Shown: positions 26,650 through 40,656 of the stretch, piece by piece
How the letters are laid out: every line of letters begins with the position of its first letter
How positions within the stretch are numbered: position 1 is the first letter of the stretch
Translations under genes and position numbers: made by a program
Notes under the pieces: generated by a model
What the model was told of the DNA's origin: nothing
Seen by the model: the letters and a program-made list of their open reading frames with translations, nothing else
Database searches by the model: none
Origin: Octopus vulgaris
Lineage: Eukaryota
Length of the DNA stretch: 64,000 nucleotides
Reading direction: 5' to 3'
Assembly: GCA_951406725.2 (NCBI GenBank)
Contig: OX597814.1
Location: 191,332,001-191,396,000, forward strand

Positions 26650-27408
26650 TCTTTCCTTTTACGATCCCTTTTGATCGAAAACCAAACCCCCTTTTTTTAT
26701 CCCCCAAAAGAAAAGCTCTGGATCTTTTCATTTTGAAGGCCAGATTTTCCTAGTTAACTAAACAATTTGAAACTTCGTATACTGGTAGAATGTGTCAAAA
26801 GAAAACATTATTGTAAACAAAATTGAAAACAAAATTGTAATTCGTAACTTAAACGTAGTTTAATTTTAAGAATTTTAACCAATGAAATCGCAGCATTCGA
26901 GCTCAAATTATTTACCTCTTCTTCTGTCTTCTACATGTGCTAGAAATAACAGCTATATCTCTTAAATCGTTTTATTTCGTCGCCCAATAAAAATATTAAC
27001 GATATTTTTTGAATATTTTCTTTATTTTTTTTTTACCGAAAAGCTTCTCCCATGGTTTTGAAGGGCCAGAAACAACAAAAACAAAACAATAACATGCCTA
27101 AATCGGTCTCGAGTTTGCGCGTGGAGTGTGAGTAGTATTGTAAAAATTTGCGAAATATTTTTTCATAAAAGGATGCCCCCAGCTTGTCGGAAGCTGTGAT
27201 ATAAATTGGGAAAAAAATCCTCGACACCAGTGCGTAATTGGTACTTAATTTATTGACTCCGAAACGATGAAACATTGACCCCCCCCTTCTGGTTTATTTA
27301 CCTTTTGTGCAAATTTGTTGCGGCAAGTGGCAAAACACGATCGTGTATTTTTGCTTGTGTGCGTATATGTATATGTCCGTTTGTATGTGTGTGTACGCTT
27401 ATATATTA

Positions 27409-27464
<56 letters not shown>

Positions 27465-27568
27465 CCGTTTGTATGTGTGTGTACGCTTATATATTAATTA
27501 CTATGTGTGTGTGTGTGTGTGTGTGTGTATGTCCGTTTGTATGTGTGTGTACGCTTATATATTAATTA

Positions 27569-27610
<42 letters not shown>

Positions 27611-27660
27611 GTTTGTATGTGTGTGTACGCTTATATATTAATTACTATGTGCTTGTGCAA

Positions 27661-27720
<60 letters not shown>

Positions 27721-28031
27721 TGCGTCTGCTATATTTCTTTATCTATATAGATAACGCAGCAATGCTGGGATTTCATTGGTTAAAATTCGAAGATGTTGGG
27801 ATTTCATTGGTTAAAATTCGTAAAAATTAAACTACGTTTAAGTTACGAATAACAATTTTGTTTTCAATTTTGTATACAATAATGTTTTCTTTTGACACAT
27901 TCTACCAGTATACGAAGTTTCAAATTTTTTAGTTAACTAGGAAAATCTGGCCTTCAAAATGAAAAGATCCAAAGCTCTACCTTGTAATTTGTCCCGTCTG
28001 TGTGCAGCCCTGTGTGGCTAATAAAGAAACA

Positions 28032-28117
<86 letters not shown>

Positions 28118-28120
28118 CCT
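26650..28120 (+). mobile_element. Retroelement 3' end with (TATC)n tail, split by the MITE
   Basis: Flanks rejoin to match the uninterrupted copy at 42735-42860. Confidence 0.7.
26720..27970. mobile_element. Long-TIR GGATCTTT-type element carrying a (TG)-based minisatellite
   Basis: ~170-bp TIRs and TSD aaagctct. Four gtccgtttgtatgtgtgtgtacgcttatatattaattact units lie at ~27375-27650. Confidence 0.9.
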
Positions 28121-28696
28121 GTCTGTCTGTCTGTTTGTCTGTCTATCTGTTTGTCTGTCTGCTGGTCTGTTTGTCTGTCTATCTGTGTGTCTGTCGGTTT
28201 GTCTGTCTATCTGTTTGTCTGCCTGTCTATCTGTTTGTCTGTCTGTTTATCTGTGTGCCTGTCGGTCGGTTTCTCTATCTACCATCTATGTGTGTGGCTG
28301 ACGTTAAAAATAAATAGACAAACAAATAACCAAAAAACAAAAATTACACAAGTAAAAGGAAATAACGCAAGTGCAAAAATTCGTCGGTGGTTATCTGGTT
28401 TATTATTAGCATCAAGTATTCTTCTTCTAGGGTGGGGATTGGTAGTTTGATATGCTTGACCGGCAGTATCAGCTCATCTTAATAGACTTTTGGCTCGATA
28501 CACTAACCAAAAGAGTTTGAATGGTGAAATAGTTATTATCTATTTATTTATTTGTCTGTTCATCCACCTAGTCGTTATGTTTCGATGTATATGTCTGCAT
28601 GCGTGTTCACGCTTGTGTGTTTTTCTTTATCTGTGTATACGTATGTATGTAAACATTCACGGGTTTTACACTCACATACTTGAATATATAAAAGAA

Positions 28697-29049
28697 CTAG
28701 CAGTATCGCCCGGCGTTGCTCGGGTTTGTTTCGACCCTTTAGAATTGGAATTTTTGAAAAGTAAAAATTTTACATTATGTAGTTTGTTATTCTCTTTAAG
28801 TGAACATTTTTCTGGTTGAAATACACCGAAAAATGGCGACACAGCAGTCAAAAAATCGTAAAACAATAGGGATTTTCAAAGAAAAAAAAGCACCTTTTTG
28901 ATGTAAATAATTTTTGGTATTAAAATGGTTCGATTTGGATTTTTTCTTCTACGGAAGGAAGAGCAAGCCTTCTTCTATCATACTCTTCTATCATTGAAGG
29001 CTACCAAACCTGCCATACACAGACAACTTCAGCTTTATATATAGAGAGA
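28697..29049 (-). mobile_element. Non-autonomous Helitron
   Basis: ctagcagtatcgcccggcgttgctcgggtttgt is the reverse complement of the 3' end of 687-1199; 5' tc..tatatataaagctgaagttg. Confidence 0.85.
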
Positions 29050-29053
29050 TATA

Positions 29054-30444
29054 GAGGGTGTTCGGGCTAAATTTGACAGTTCGTCAAAACTCAATATCTC
29101 ATCCAAAATATAAAATACAAAAAATATAGAATATAAAAAAGTATTTTCAAACAATCAAAAAATACCAACTGGATTATGGCTGGGGCATAACAGCTTACTT
29201 AAAGTAGCCGCTCTCAGCTTCCACCACTGTCTCATGATGGCTCCAGAACTTGGCGCTTGCGTTCCTCGCTGTATCTCTGGAAAAATATTCGAACACCTCC
29301 TTGATCCTGGCCACTAACTCGGGTTTGATGTTGAAGGCAGAACGGTTGGTGTCTTTCTGAACCGCGCCCCACGCATAGTAATCTATGGGATTACCATCGG
29401 GGTGGCGGGTGGGGGATTAGGAGCCCAGAAATTGGGGTTGGTAAAGTTGATGAAATTCTCCGATAGCCACATCTGACTCTTTGCGGATACATGGCAAGGA
29501 GTCGAATCCTGCTGCCACATATATGGCCTTTCAGCCGCAATCCTCTCTAGCCCGGGTTTGACCACAGTCTCCAGCAGCTTCACAAATCCATCAGAATTGA
29601 GTCTAAGCACCTGTTCAAAGATGTGGTTATGAATTCCGGCGAGCAGATGTAGTTAGAATGCCTGCTGTGTCCCTTCCCGTTGGCCACTGACTCGTAGTCG
29701 CCGTTGCAGCTGTCCGCGTCATATCTTACAATCTTTTACAATGTTCACAGAGCATTGAGCAACAGTCCTATTGTCACCATTTTGATACCCGACGGGAATC
29801 ATCATGATAGAAGTAAATCTTGGATCTTTTCGGTTTGAACGGCAGTTTTTTCTAGCGGTGTCATATGAAATTGTCACCCATAATTATGACCCTAGTATCG
29901 ATCTATTGCATTTCAATCTGTTTTAAGGTTAGGGTTAGTTAGGGTTAGGGTTAGGGGTGGGGGGAAGGGTATCTTTTTTCTTCACAAATGTAAATAAACC
30001 TAATCTGTTTCTTAAACGAGGGACATATTCATACGGCACATAATGTTTTTTTTACCTCAGTAGACGTATTTGATTGGTTGAAATTGCAGAAATTGAAGAA
30101 AAAAAACAACAAATATCTTATAAACTATAGAATTTTCTCAATAAAGCCAAGAGAAAAAGATGTTTTATAAACACATTCTACCAGTATACGAAGCTTAAAT
30201 TTTTTTAGTTACCTAGAAATTATGTTAAAAACTGCCGTTCAAACCGAAAAGATCCTAAATCTTTTCTAATATTCAGAGAGCTTCGAGTTCTCCATATCAG
30301 TTAACTTTGTCTTGTGCACAACTTTAAACTTTATGCTCTCCAACGCCGTTGACTGTTCACCAATACATTAAGTTGTCCCACAAAATAAATAAAACAAAAT
30401 AGAAAAGACAAAATTAGCGTCAAATTTAGCCCTAACAATCTTTT
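29054..30444 (-). mobile_element. maT/DD37D-like transposon relic
   Basis: RPYMWQQDSTPCH...WLSENF...FWAPN..PMDYYAWG; TIRs gggctaaatttgac / gtcaaatttagccc. Confidence 0.8.
29822..30255. mobile_element. GGATCTTT-type MITE nested in the maT relic
   Basis: Perfect TIRs and perfect TSD taaatctt. Confidence 0.92.
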
Positions 30445-30698
30445 ATATCAAAACAGATGCAACTGTCTATCTCTAATGGCGACCTCACATTTTCCACATC
30501 CTTAACATTGTATCACGAAGTCTGACTTTTCTTTTTTAAGTAGAAAAAAATTTCACCAAGAACAACTTATCTTTTCACAAAGTACTTACACACGTCCTAC
30601 GCCAGAGATGCTCCCAGATATTAGGTACAGTGCAGTTGCTACCATATATAGTTTAGATTATATATTATCACCCACACTTACGAAAAACAAGTGTGGAC

Positions 30699-30938
30699 TA
30701 TGTATGTATGTATGTATGTATGTATGTATGTATGTATGTATGTATGTATGTATGTATGTACGTATGTACGAATGTATGTATGTATGTACGTACGTATGTA
30801 TGTATGTATGTATGTATGTATGTATGTATGTATGTATGTATGTATGTATGTATGTATGTATGTACGTATGTATGTATGTATGTATGTATGTATGTATGTA
30901 TGTATGTATGTATGTATGTATGTATGCATGTACGCATG

Positions 30939-30972
<34 letters not shown>

Positions 30973-31150
30973 CGTACGTACGTATGTATGTATGTATGTA
31001 CGTATGTATGTATGTATGTATGTATGTATGTATGTATGTATGTATGTATGTATGTATGTATGTATGTATGTACGTACGTATGTATGTATGTATGTATGTA
31101 TGTATGTATGTATGTATGTATGTATGTATGTATGTATGTATGTATGTATG
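30699..31150. repeat. (TATG)n tetranucleotide array
   Basis: Direct reading; source of the spurious MYVC/IHTY ORFs. Confidence 0.95.
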
Positions 31151-31348
31151 CATTATGTATGTGTGCATCTATGTATGTATGTATATATATGTATATTGTT
31201 GTTTTCTCAAACCGTCTCATTGAAAAAATCCAGGTTCAAATTAAGGCAGGAGCCTGCAACATGTACACACACACACACACACACCACACCTAGACGCACA
31301 CATACCTGCGACGGACCGGCGATACTGGGGGGACATACATACATATAT

Positions 31349-31406
<58 letters not shown>

Positions 31407-31789
31407 ACAGAAAGAGAGAACGCAAATGGGCTATAGCTCACTACGGCTGTTTCAGACGCATTTTATATTGATGAATAATTCGATTACATAATGAAAAAAA
31501 CATTTTCTTCAGGTGAATTAAAAATTTAGATATTTAAATACAGGTTCGGAAAAAATACCAAAATGACTGAAACAAATAAAAGAGTAAAAGAGTAACCTAA
31601 ACTTGTTTTACTGAAAATCAATAAAGCTTAAATTGAACTAAACACGGTTTATAAAAAAGAGTAGCGAATAACAGGCAGAGTAACAGATGATTTGACGACC
31701 AGTGGAGGGAGGCAGCCCTGCCACAGTCATTGAGGCAAGGTTGTGAAGGAAAGCGTCTTGTTTTATTCACCATCCGTTAAATCTTAATA

Positions 31790-32060
31790 AGGTCTTGTAG
31801 ATCTTTACTGTCCCAGATATCGCGACCATTTCTAGTGTGCGAATTAAGGAGTTGCATTCTCTTCTCAAGAACACTAAGTTCAAGAATACTTTGCTCCAGG
31901 CGGGTTGGTATATATCCTGTTACTCAAGTAATAATACGTATAAAACTGAAAGTGTATCACGGGGATACTGGATTTGCAAATCCCTTATCAGTGGTCCATA
32001 GGTGTGCTCTTTCTCCTGTGTTCTTCTGACCACATTGGTGTCCAGTGAGCATAATTTCTA
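31790..32060 (-). mobile_element. REL-type non-LTR fragment
   Basis: CSLDTNVVRRTQEKEHTYGPLIRDLQIQYP...TGYIPTRL, homologous to 5600-5915. Confidence 0.65.
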
Positions 32061-32224
32061 CAAAAAAAGCATACCTTTTTCGTGTGGTCCCAAACAACAA
32101 TATCTGGCTGGTTGTTTTTTAATATATATGTATGCATGTATGTGTGCGGGTGTACATATATACAAAAAATTAAAATATATACACACTGTTTGTCGTGTAA
32201 TCTTGATCGTGTTATTTGTAATTT

Positions 32225-32284
<60 letters not shown>

Positions 32285-32304
32285 TTATTTATTCACACAC
32301 ATAC

Positions 32305-32370
<66 letters not shown>

Positions 32371-32528
32371 GTAAAAATAATATGTGACAATTACTCTGTA
32401 GCCAAGATAAAACTCTGAGTTTCAGATGCCGAGGTAGAAATCCACACCACCATCTCTTCACTTATCTGATTCCTCTATTTACATAATATTGAGGTCTCTT
32501 TCTTTCTTTTGTTATCTTTCCGTTTTTA

Positions 32529-32600
<72 letters not shown>

Positions 32601-33437
32601 AACAGACAAACATTTTATTTGTCTGTTTACTTATTTTCACACAAAATAATTTATGCCATAAGCTAAATTAATAACAGATACAAAATAAAAATGGAAGTCA
32701 AGTAGTTTGACGCAGAAAGCTGATACATTTAATGTTAGGTAATCAAAGAGACAATATTGTTTGTGTTAGCTATGTTCCAAGTCTTAACTTACCAACGCAA
32801 CAACTTCCTTCTCCAACAATAACTTGTCTTTCATACCATCTTACCGAAATCTACACGACACATCGCCATCTTAACTTCCAAACTGTATAAAACATTTTGC
32901 TCACTGTTTTCACACAAAGGCCTCCAGATGTAAAATCCTGCTCTCTCACTATAAAGATGCAACTGAAATGAAACCGCAACCACTTAGACCGGTGTTTCTC
33001 GATCATTTTCTACCTGTGAACTCCATTTGTTTCCCATTTTACTCGAATGAAAACTTATAATTATTCGATGTTTAAAAAATCTTATTATATTTTTATAATT
33101 AAATATTATTTAGGAATTGTATTAAAAAGATTGTTAAAAATGTTTTGTGTATTGTCGAAGTATAAGCAATTTATTGCAGGTAAATTTTAGCAACAAAATC
33201 TTATATGGACCCGCTTCGGAATAACAGACTTAGACATATCTAATCCAGTGACGTAGCTAGAGTGTGTATTGACCAGGGCATCCCTCGTGTTTGCCCTCTC
33301 CAGGATCCCATTCACCAGGCCCAAAAGAGCTACCTCCATAAAAGCGTTACCCGGAACTGACCTCCACTCGCCTCCACTTACCACTATGTTACTGACCTAA
33401 CCTAACTATTTCAGTTGTCCAATATCTAAATCTTTGA

Positions 33438-33840
33438 AGGCAGCGAGCAGGCAGAATCGTTAGCACGCCGGGCGAAATGCTTCGCGGTATATCGTCTGCC
33501 GCTACGTTCTGAGTTCAAATTCCGCCGAGGTCTTTTTTTCCTTTCATCCTTTCGGGGTCGATTGAATAAGTACTAGTTACGCGCTGGGGTCGATATAATC
33601 AACTTAATCCGTTTGTCGATCCTTGTTTGTCCTCTGTAAGTAGTAAAGAAATGGGTATTTCGTCTGCCGCTACGTTCTGAGTTCAAATTCCGCCGAGGTC
33701 GACTTTGCCTTTCATCCTTTCGGGGTCGATTAAATAAGTACCAGTTACGCACTGGGGTCGATATAATCGACTTAATTCATTTGTCTGTCCTTGTTTGTCC
33801 CCTCTGTGTTTAGCCCCTTGTGGGCAATAAAGAAATAAGA
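33438..33840 (+). mobile_element. SINE family B dimer
   Basis: Second unit restarts at ggtatttcgtctgcc. Confidence 0.85.
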
Positions 33841-34992
33841 ATAGTTACCACGACGGACAAAACGCTTAGCGGCATTTCGTACCCATCCCTTTACGTTCTA
33901 GGTTCAAATTCCGCCGAGGCCTCGATAAAATAATTACCAGTTGAACACTGGAATCGATCCAATAGACTTACCTACTTCCTCGAAATTACTGATCTTTGAA
34001 ATCAATATTTAAATTTTTATAAAGAAATTCAGACCACTACAAATTTATAGTCGACAAGGTATAGTTGATTCAAGCGCTAGCCGAATACGTTACAAGTAAG
34101 ATCTTCGAGAAAGTTGTTGAGGTGAAACAAAGCTGCTTTCAGGCCCCGGGAGGGGGTGGGTTTTCTCATAATTGATGGGGAGTGTAGGATTTCATTTTGT
34201 TTTTAGGGAGTGGGGTCCTGGCTTATAATTATGGCCCTTTGGATCAGCGGATCTATGTACCGACTGAATCCCTTTTTCTATAGACCTTGATTACTACTAT
34301 TTATTCGAGCCAAAGTGGCAACCTTTACATGGTTGCCCACCCCTGCTAAAAATAGTTCTACGCACTGAACATCTCAAAACAGAAAGGACACATTGGATAA
34401 TGTTGTTTGTCCTGGATACATTACGTGAACAAAAATATAAAAGAGATGGTTATATCTGGAATGGCTTTGATCATAGGTCCAGTGGTATTGCGGGGATGGG
34501 ACCACACACACGCGCGCGCGCGCGTGCGCAAATATGACGGGCTTCCTTAAGTTTTTGTCTACCAAATTCACTCACAAGGCCTGGGTCAACCAAGGCCATA
34601 GTATAAAACACTTGCCCAAGGTGCCACACAGTGGGGTCTGAAATTGGAACCATGTGGTTGGGAAGCAATTTTTTTTATCATATAGTCACCCTTGCGCCTT
34701 AAAAAAAAGAACAAGCAAGCAAAAAACTCCAAAGAACGTCACTGAATAAGTCTTCTCAATCAGAGTAGATATGGAGCTAAACAAAAAAAAAAAAAAACAA
34801 AAAAAAAAAACAGATACTCATTTTATGGATCAAGTTGGAATGATAAGCAAAAATCGAAACCAACGGAGTTTCAATCAGAACACAAGCTGGCGTAACTATC
34901 TGGAAAGTCTTGCCGCCAATTCATATGCGAACTCAGGAGAGTCAACGGCCCCAGAGTGTGAAGACTTAGAATTCTTTAGTTTGGTGTCTGTA

Positions 34993-35235
34993 GAGGCGCG
35001 TGGCTTCGTGGTTAGGGCGTCAGCACAATGATCGTAAGATTGTGGTTTCGATTCCTGGACCGGGCGACGCGTTGTGTTCTTGAGCAAAACACTTCATTTC
35101 ACGTTGCTCCAGTCTACTCAGCTGGCAAAAATGAGTAACGCTGCGATGGACTGGCGTCCCGTCCAGCTGGGGAACACATACGCCATTGAAACTGGGAAAC
35201 CGACCCTTAAGAGCCTGGCATGGCTCGAGAAGGAG
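34993..35235 (+). mobile_element. SINE family C
   Basis: tRNA-like head gaggcgcgtggcttcgtggttaggg...ggtttcgattcc. Confidence 0.8.
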
Positions 35236-35939
35236 AAGGAGGGATCAGCTAGCCAAGACTCTCCAGTTCCCTCTCTATTGTACTACATGCCTACACACAG
35301 CCAGGCTTTTGTTTCCAATCCATTATAGGCTTTAAAAGAGTGCATTTATTTATTTATTAGTTCGGTGTCCAGATGCGCATTTAGCCTGCCAAAGTAGGAT
35401 GGACCCTTAAGTCCTGGCGAATGCAACTAACCCAGGGGATGGCGAACACTTTGAGTAGAAAAGCATTTGCACCAACATTCTGCCATCAGCATTTCCAGTA
35501 AGTGTAGTTGCTGGTTCTGCTGAAGCTTTCAGCATTGAAAACAAATCATCCGCGTAGGTAGTCTTGCGGTTGTAATATTAACTGTTCCTCGAAACCAACG
35601 ATATATATATATATATATATATACATACATATACGGGGGAGGGGTGAGAGGGAAAGAGAGAGAGAGAAAGAGCAAAATAAATAGATTGATAGATAGATAT
35701 TTGGGTGTGTTTTACGTTATCTTCACCTTTAAAACTAGAAAGTTGCATGTAAATAACTCAAACACTGGAACAGATGGCAACCAGTTGTGCAAAATAGAGA
35801 GAGAGAGAAAGAGAGAGAGGGAGAGAGGGGAGGAGAAGGAGAGAGAAAGAGATAGAACGAGAGAGAGGGCTTGTTGAATCATGCCCACTCGGTGCAGTAC
35901 ACCTCAAAGTTCTTCCAGTGTGTGTGTGTGTTGTGTTGT

Positions 35940-35971
<32 letters not shown>

Positions 35972-36345
35972 ACGTGTGTGTATGATTTATCAACGTTATA
36001 GAGAACAATTCTTTTCGTATTTCTTTTCCACATAACAAAGTATGTTTAAACAATCTAACCATTGACCTAAGGTAGATATTTCTCAGCTATTCTCTTCAGA
36101 TGTAACTGGCAGCTTACTCTGATATGTGAACGGCTGATACGGTCGATACCTCCAATTTGCAATGTATTTTTAATACAATGGCATTAAAAAAAAAGGTGAG
36201 GAGCACCTCTGGGCTATATTTTTTTTTCCTTTAAAACAACGCATTTAAAGAAGGGAGAATTATCAGAGGTTCATCTGAGGATCAGCTTATGTACATTATT
36301 TACACTATTTACAATTGACAGATATTTGTCCTCACCTTGTTTGTT

Positions 36346-36391
36346 AACACAACGTTTCGGCTGATATACCCTCCATCCTTCATCAGGAGTC
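36346..36391 (-). ncRNA. Minimal hammerhead ribozyme motif (Penelope-like end)
   Basis: CUGAUGA-aggaug..cagcc-GAAAC-GUU-GUGUU, with single mismatches in stems I and II. Confidence 0.45.
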
Positions 36392-36460
36392 TTGGGGAAA
36401 TTTTGAACTTGGGTTCTCATTCCTAAGGTATTTTTCGATGTTGTTGCTGTTATTAATATT

Positions 36461-36997
36461 GAGTGAGAGAGCAGCGCATGCCATCAAAGTGACACTGGGG
36501 TAAAATATACAAAGCCCAGTATACCCATCATGACTACCCGTCTGATAAGGGTACACCAGGCACATGCATCACAACCATATGTGCGTGAGATGGTGATCTC
36601 ATATCAAGATAAACAGCACATGACCTTGCGGGTGGGGCCCAGTTAGAAGTTTCTTCTGGTCGAGTAGCCCATCCCGCTCAAAAGGTCCCTGAATAAGGGT
36701 TGTTTAAGGATGTTGAACGAAACACCCATGTTTCCAGAGGTGAATTATTCAAACCCTAAAGAATTCCTCTCAACACACGGCTATGATGCTCCCCCACTAC
36801 TTCTGCTCGTGGTCAGCGATGCACATATTGTCAGTCACTAAGGGACATGGTCAACTGGTTAAGGTCAAACAACTGACAAGCAAATCTATTTGCTGTAGCC
36901 CATCTTTTATACCAAGACAAAACAATGTACATGATAACACTTCCAATCAGTTAAGATCAGAAGCCATGAGAGCCACTGCCTGGTACTGCATCTGGGC

Positions 36998-37000
<3 letters not shown>
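36461..37000 (-). mobile_element. ~550-bp (TAA)n-associated non-autonomous retroelement
   Basis: Near-identical to 39825-40360 and 40657-41210; (TAT)n flank. Confidence 0.85.
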
Positions 37001-37057
<57 letters not shown>

Positions 37058-37077
37058 CATTATTATCATTATTATTA

Positions 37078-37136
<59 letters not shown>

Positions 37137-37310
37137 TTTTTTTTTTTATAATTGTTTTTATAACAATATAGTTGGACCGTAGTTCTGCTCTAGATACCTG
37201 AGTGAGATGGTTCGAAACTTAGCAGCGAGCTCATTACAAGTCGTGGTCAACTTGTTTATTACCAGAGGTATTTTGGGTACAACTGATAGATTGTTTTTTT
37301 TTTGTATTAT

Positions 37311-37525
37311 TACTCTTTTAGTCTTTTACTTGTTTCAGTCATTTGACTGTGGCCATGCTGGAGCACCGCCTTTAGTCGAGCAAATCGACCGTAGGACTTA
37401 ATCTTTGTGAGCCTAGTACTTATTCTATTGGTCTCTTTTGCCGAACCGTTGAGTTACAGGGACGTAAACACACCAGCATCGGTTGTCAAGCGATGTTGGA
37501 GGGACAAACACAAACGCACAAACAG

Positions 37526-37604
<79 letters not shown>

Positions 37605-37661
37605 TACGACGGGCTTCTTTCAGTTTCCGTCTACCAAATCCACTCACAAGGCTTTGGTCGA
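37311..37661 (-). mobile_element. SINE family A, 5'-truncated
   Basis: Match to family A. Confidence 0.85.
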
Positions 37662-37709
37662 AAACACTACATAGCCAAGCACGTGCTTAGTTTGCTTAAT
37701 GGTTAATCT

Positions 37710-38007
37710 GGATCTTTTCGCTTTGACCGGCAGATTTTTAAAATATTTTCTTTGTAACTAAACACTTTTAAACTTTGTATACTGGTAGTGTGTGATATAA
37801 AACATCTTTTTCTCTTGGCTTTCTTGAGAAAATTCTGTAGTTTGTAAGCTATTTGTTGTTTAATTTCTTGCATTTCTGCAATTTCAACCAATCAATGACG
37901 TCTATTGAGGTGAATACAAATTCTGCCATGACCGGCAAATTTTAAAAATAAATTCTTAGTTACAAAGAAAATATTAAAAAAATCTTCCGGTCAAAGCGAA
38001 AAGATCC
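37710..38007. mobile_element. GGATCTTT-type MITE, short variant
   Basis: TIR ggatcttttcgctttgaccgg and TSD gttaatct. Confidence 0.9.
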
Positions 38008-38296
38008 GTTAATCTAGCGCTGAACCACGTTCGCCATCTTGTGTCCTGATACATTGGCTTTGCCTTTCATTTGTATTGGGCCGAGAAAACAAATACTATT
38101 GATACAATATGGATAGATTCAACTATGTTTTATCTATCCTTACTGAGTACATCTTATTCTTGCTCGTGAGAGTTAATGAAAACAACAGTTATGTTATTGT
38201 TTTTGTTTTTTAGCTGTAATTTGCTCTGACTGAGCGGACATACAACCAAAGACTTTCCAGCTATGGCTATTCTGTCTTTTCTGTGTATAACACATT

Positions 38297-38875
38297 CTTT
38301 TCTACTCTAGGCACAAGGCCCGAAATTTTTGGGGAGGGGCCAGTCGATTAGATCGACCCCAGTTCGCAAGTGGTACTTAATTTATCGACTCCGAAAGGAT
38401 GAAAGGCAAAGTCGACCTCGGCGGATTTTGAACTCAGAACGTAGCGGCCGACGAAATACCTATTTCTTTACTACCCACAAGGGGCTAAACACAGAGGGAA
38501 CAAACAAGGACAGACAAACGGATTAAGTCGATTACATCGACCCCACTGCGTAACTGGTACATAATTTATCGACCCCGAAAGGATGAAAGGCAAAGTTGAC
38601 CTCGGCGGAATTTGAACTCAGAACATAAAGACAGACAAAATACCTATTTCTTTATTATCCACAAGGGGCTAAACATAGGGGGGAAAAACAAGGACAGACA
38701 AATAGATTAAGTCGATTACATCGTCACCAGTGCGTAACTGGTACTTAATTTATCGACCCCGAAAGGATGAAAGGCAAAGTTGACCTCGGCGGAATTTGAA
38801 CTCAGAACATAAAGACAGACGAAATACCGCCAAGCATTTTGCCCGGCGTGCTAACGTTTCTGCCAGCTCGCCGCC
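38297..38875 (-). mobile_element. SINE family B trimer
   Basis: Three units inside one 16-bp TSD ctg(t/c)gtataacacatt. Confidence 0.88.
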
Positions 38876-39824
38876 CTGCGTATAACACATTATGTCGTAC
38901 AATGTCTCCTACTGTTTTATTAGTGAGATTTGAGAGAGTTTTGGTTGTTGTTTCTAGCAAGTTGAACGACCGCGCTTACAGGCGCTTTCAATGACTCGGG
39001 TGTCTGTAAAATAAAAAGGTGTTATCTGTTTTATATTTCTTCTCTGCTACTACTGCGGCTACTGCTGCTGTTGTTGTTATTGAAGTTGTTTGAGTTTACT
39101 AAGATTTAACACAGTTTTATAGATAACATTTATAAATAAATTTCAACATCATTTTATAAATAACTTTTTTTTTTATTTCAATGGAATTTACTAATTACGT
39201 TTATGCCTATTTTTTTGCCTGTTTTTGTTTTACTTTTATTATTTATATTTATTAAATTTTTTTGAGGACTTATCTCGCTGATTCAGCCACGAAAAAGAAA
39301 AAAAGAACAGAAGAAAAAAAAAAAAAGAAAGAACTTCGTTTCTTTACGTACCACCTTCTCTTGAAAGTTTCCGCTCTAATCCTTACCAACATGGTGGGCA
39401 AGTCGGAAATTTAATGAATTCATTATTGGCAGATGTTAAGCTGAGACGATTGAAATTCGAAGTAACAAATTCATCGATCTCACCAATCGAAAAACAGGAA
39501 TGGCAAAGGTCATTAGCATTCTCTTTGTATCCAGAGTAGAAAGAATTATTTCATTTACGCAAAACAAATTAGACTGCTGGAAAAGAAAATTCCTAACATT
39601 GGGCTACAACAAAAAAAAAAAACCTTAGATGCTAAGAACCTTCCTAAGTATCCTAGCTATCCCTAAAAACAATGTTTATCTAGAGCTGGACTACACTAGG
39701 TTTTATGCCTGTTTCCTCTAGCCACGTGTTCAAAACTTTAGAAATTGTTCCTAATGCTCCTATAACCACAGGGATACATTTTACCTGCATTTTTCAAAGC
39801 CTCTGTATTATTATTATTATTATT

Positions 39825-40360
39825 GAGTGAGAGAGCAGTGCATGCCATCAAACTGACACTGGGGTAAAACATACGAAGCCCAGTATACCTATCATGACTA
39901 CCTGTCTGATAAGGGTACACTAGGCACATGCATCACACCCATATGTGCGCAGCATGGTGATCTTATATCAAGATAAACAGCGCATGACCTTGCAGGTGGG
40001 GCCCAGTTAGAATTTTCTTCTTGTCGAGTAACCCATCCCGCTCAAAAGGTCCCTGAATAAGGGTCGTTTAAGGATGTTGAACGAAACACCCATGTTTCCA
40101 GAGGTGAATTATTCAAACCCCAAAGAATTCCTCTCAACACATGGCTATGATGCTCCCCCACTACTTCTGCTCGTGATCAGAGATGCACATATCATCAGCC
40201 ACTAAGGGACATGGTCAACTGGTTAAGGTCAAACAACTGACAAGCAAATCTGTGGTATTCAGCAGAATATTTGCTGTAGCCCATCTTTTATACCAAGACA
40301 AAACAATGTACGTGATAACACTTCCAATCAGTTAAGATCAGAAGCCATGAGAGCCACTGC
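39825..40360 (-). mobile_element. (TAA)n-associated element
   Basis: Copy of 36461-37000 between (TAT)n tracts. Confidence 0.85.
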
Positions 40361-40415
<55 letters not shown>

Positions 40416-40416
<1 letters not shown>

Positions 40417-40608
40417 CTTCGTAACTCAATGTAGGTAAAAATGCACTGGCATCTTTAGTCATCTGTCAAGTCCCAACAAGGACCTCAGACAGATAGTACT
40501 TTCCTTAAGATGTGCACTGTGCCAAATAAGGCTGCTTTTTGCAAGACATCACTCTTGCATGGGATTTCCAGTTGCCTTAAGAAATCTTGAATTTTCAATG
40601 GGTTAGAG
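40416..40608 (-). mobile_element. REL (R4/Dong-type) LINE extreme 3' end
   Basis: LQKAALFGTVHILRKVLSV* followed by a short UTR and (AAT)n. Confidence 0.7.
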
Positions 40609-40617
40609 ATAATAATA

Positions 40618-40656
<39 letters not shown>

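Noticed and set aside
30608-31471. Long ORFs of MYVC, IHTY, YI, CV, HT or LS repeats (also near 11.6, 18.8, 22.6, 27.3, 28.0, 43.8, 56.7 and 57.6 kb)
   Set aside because: Stop-free translations of microsatellites.
32845-32962. Minus-strand 118-nt open exon candidate (LHLYSERAGF...)
   Set aside because: No recognisable protein; the phase does not fit the 61.3-kb candidate and the flank looks like decayed LINE.
34993-35070. tRNA-like heads as tRNA genes (also 52745-52819 and 60490)
   Set aside because: They continue into SINE bodies and lack a full cloverleaf.
35400-35575. TYADDL motif (minus strand) and PQGSILSPTLFN at ~19995
   Set aside because: Isolated RT crumbs too short to delimit or classify.
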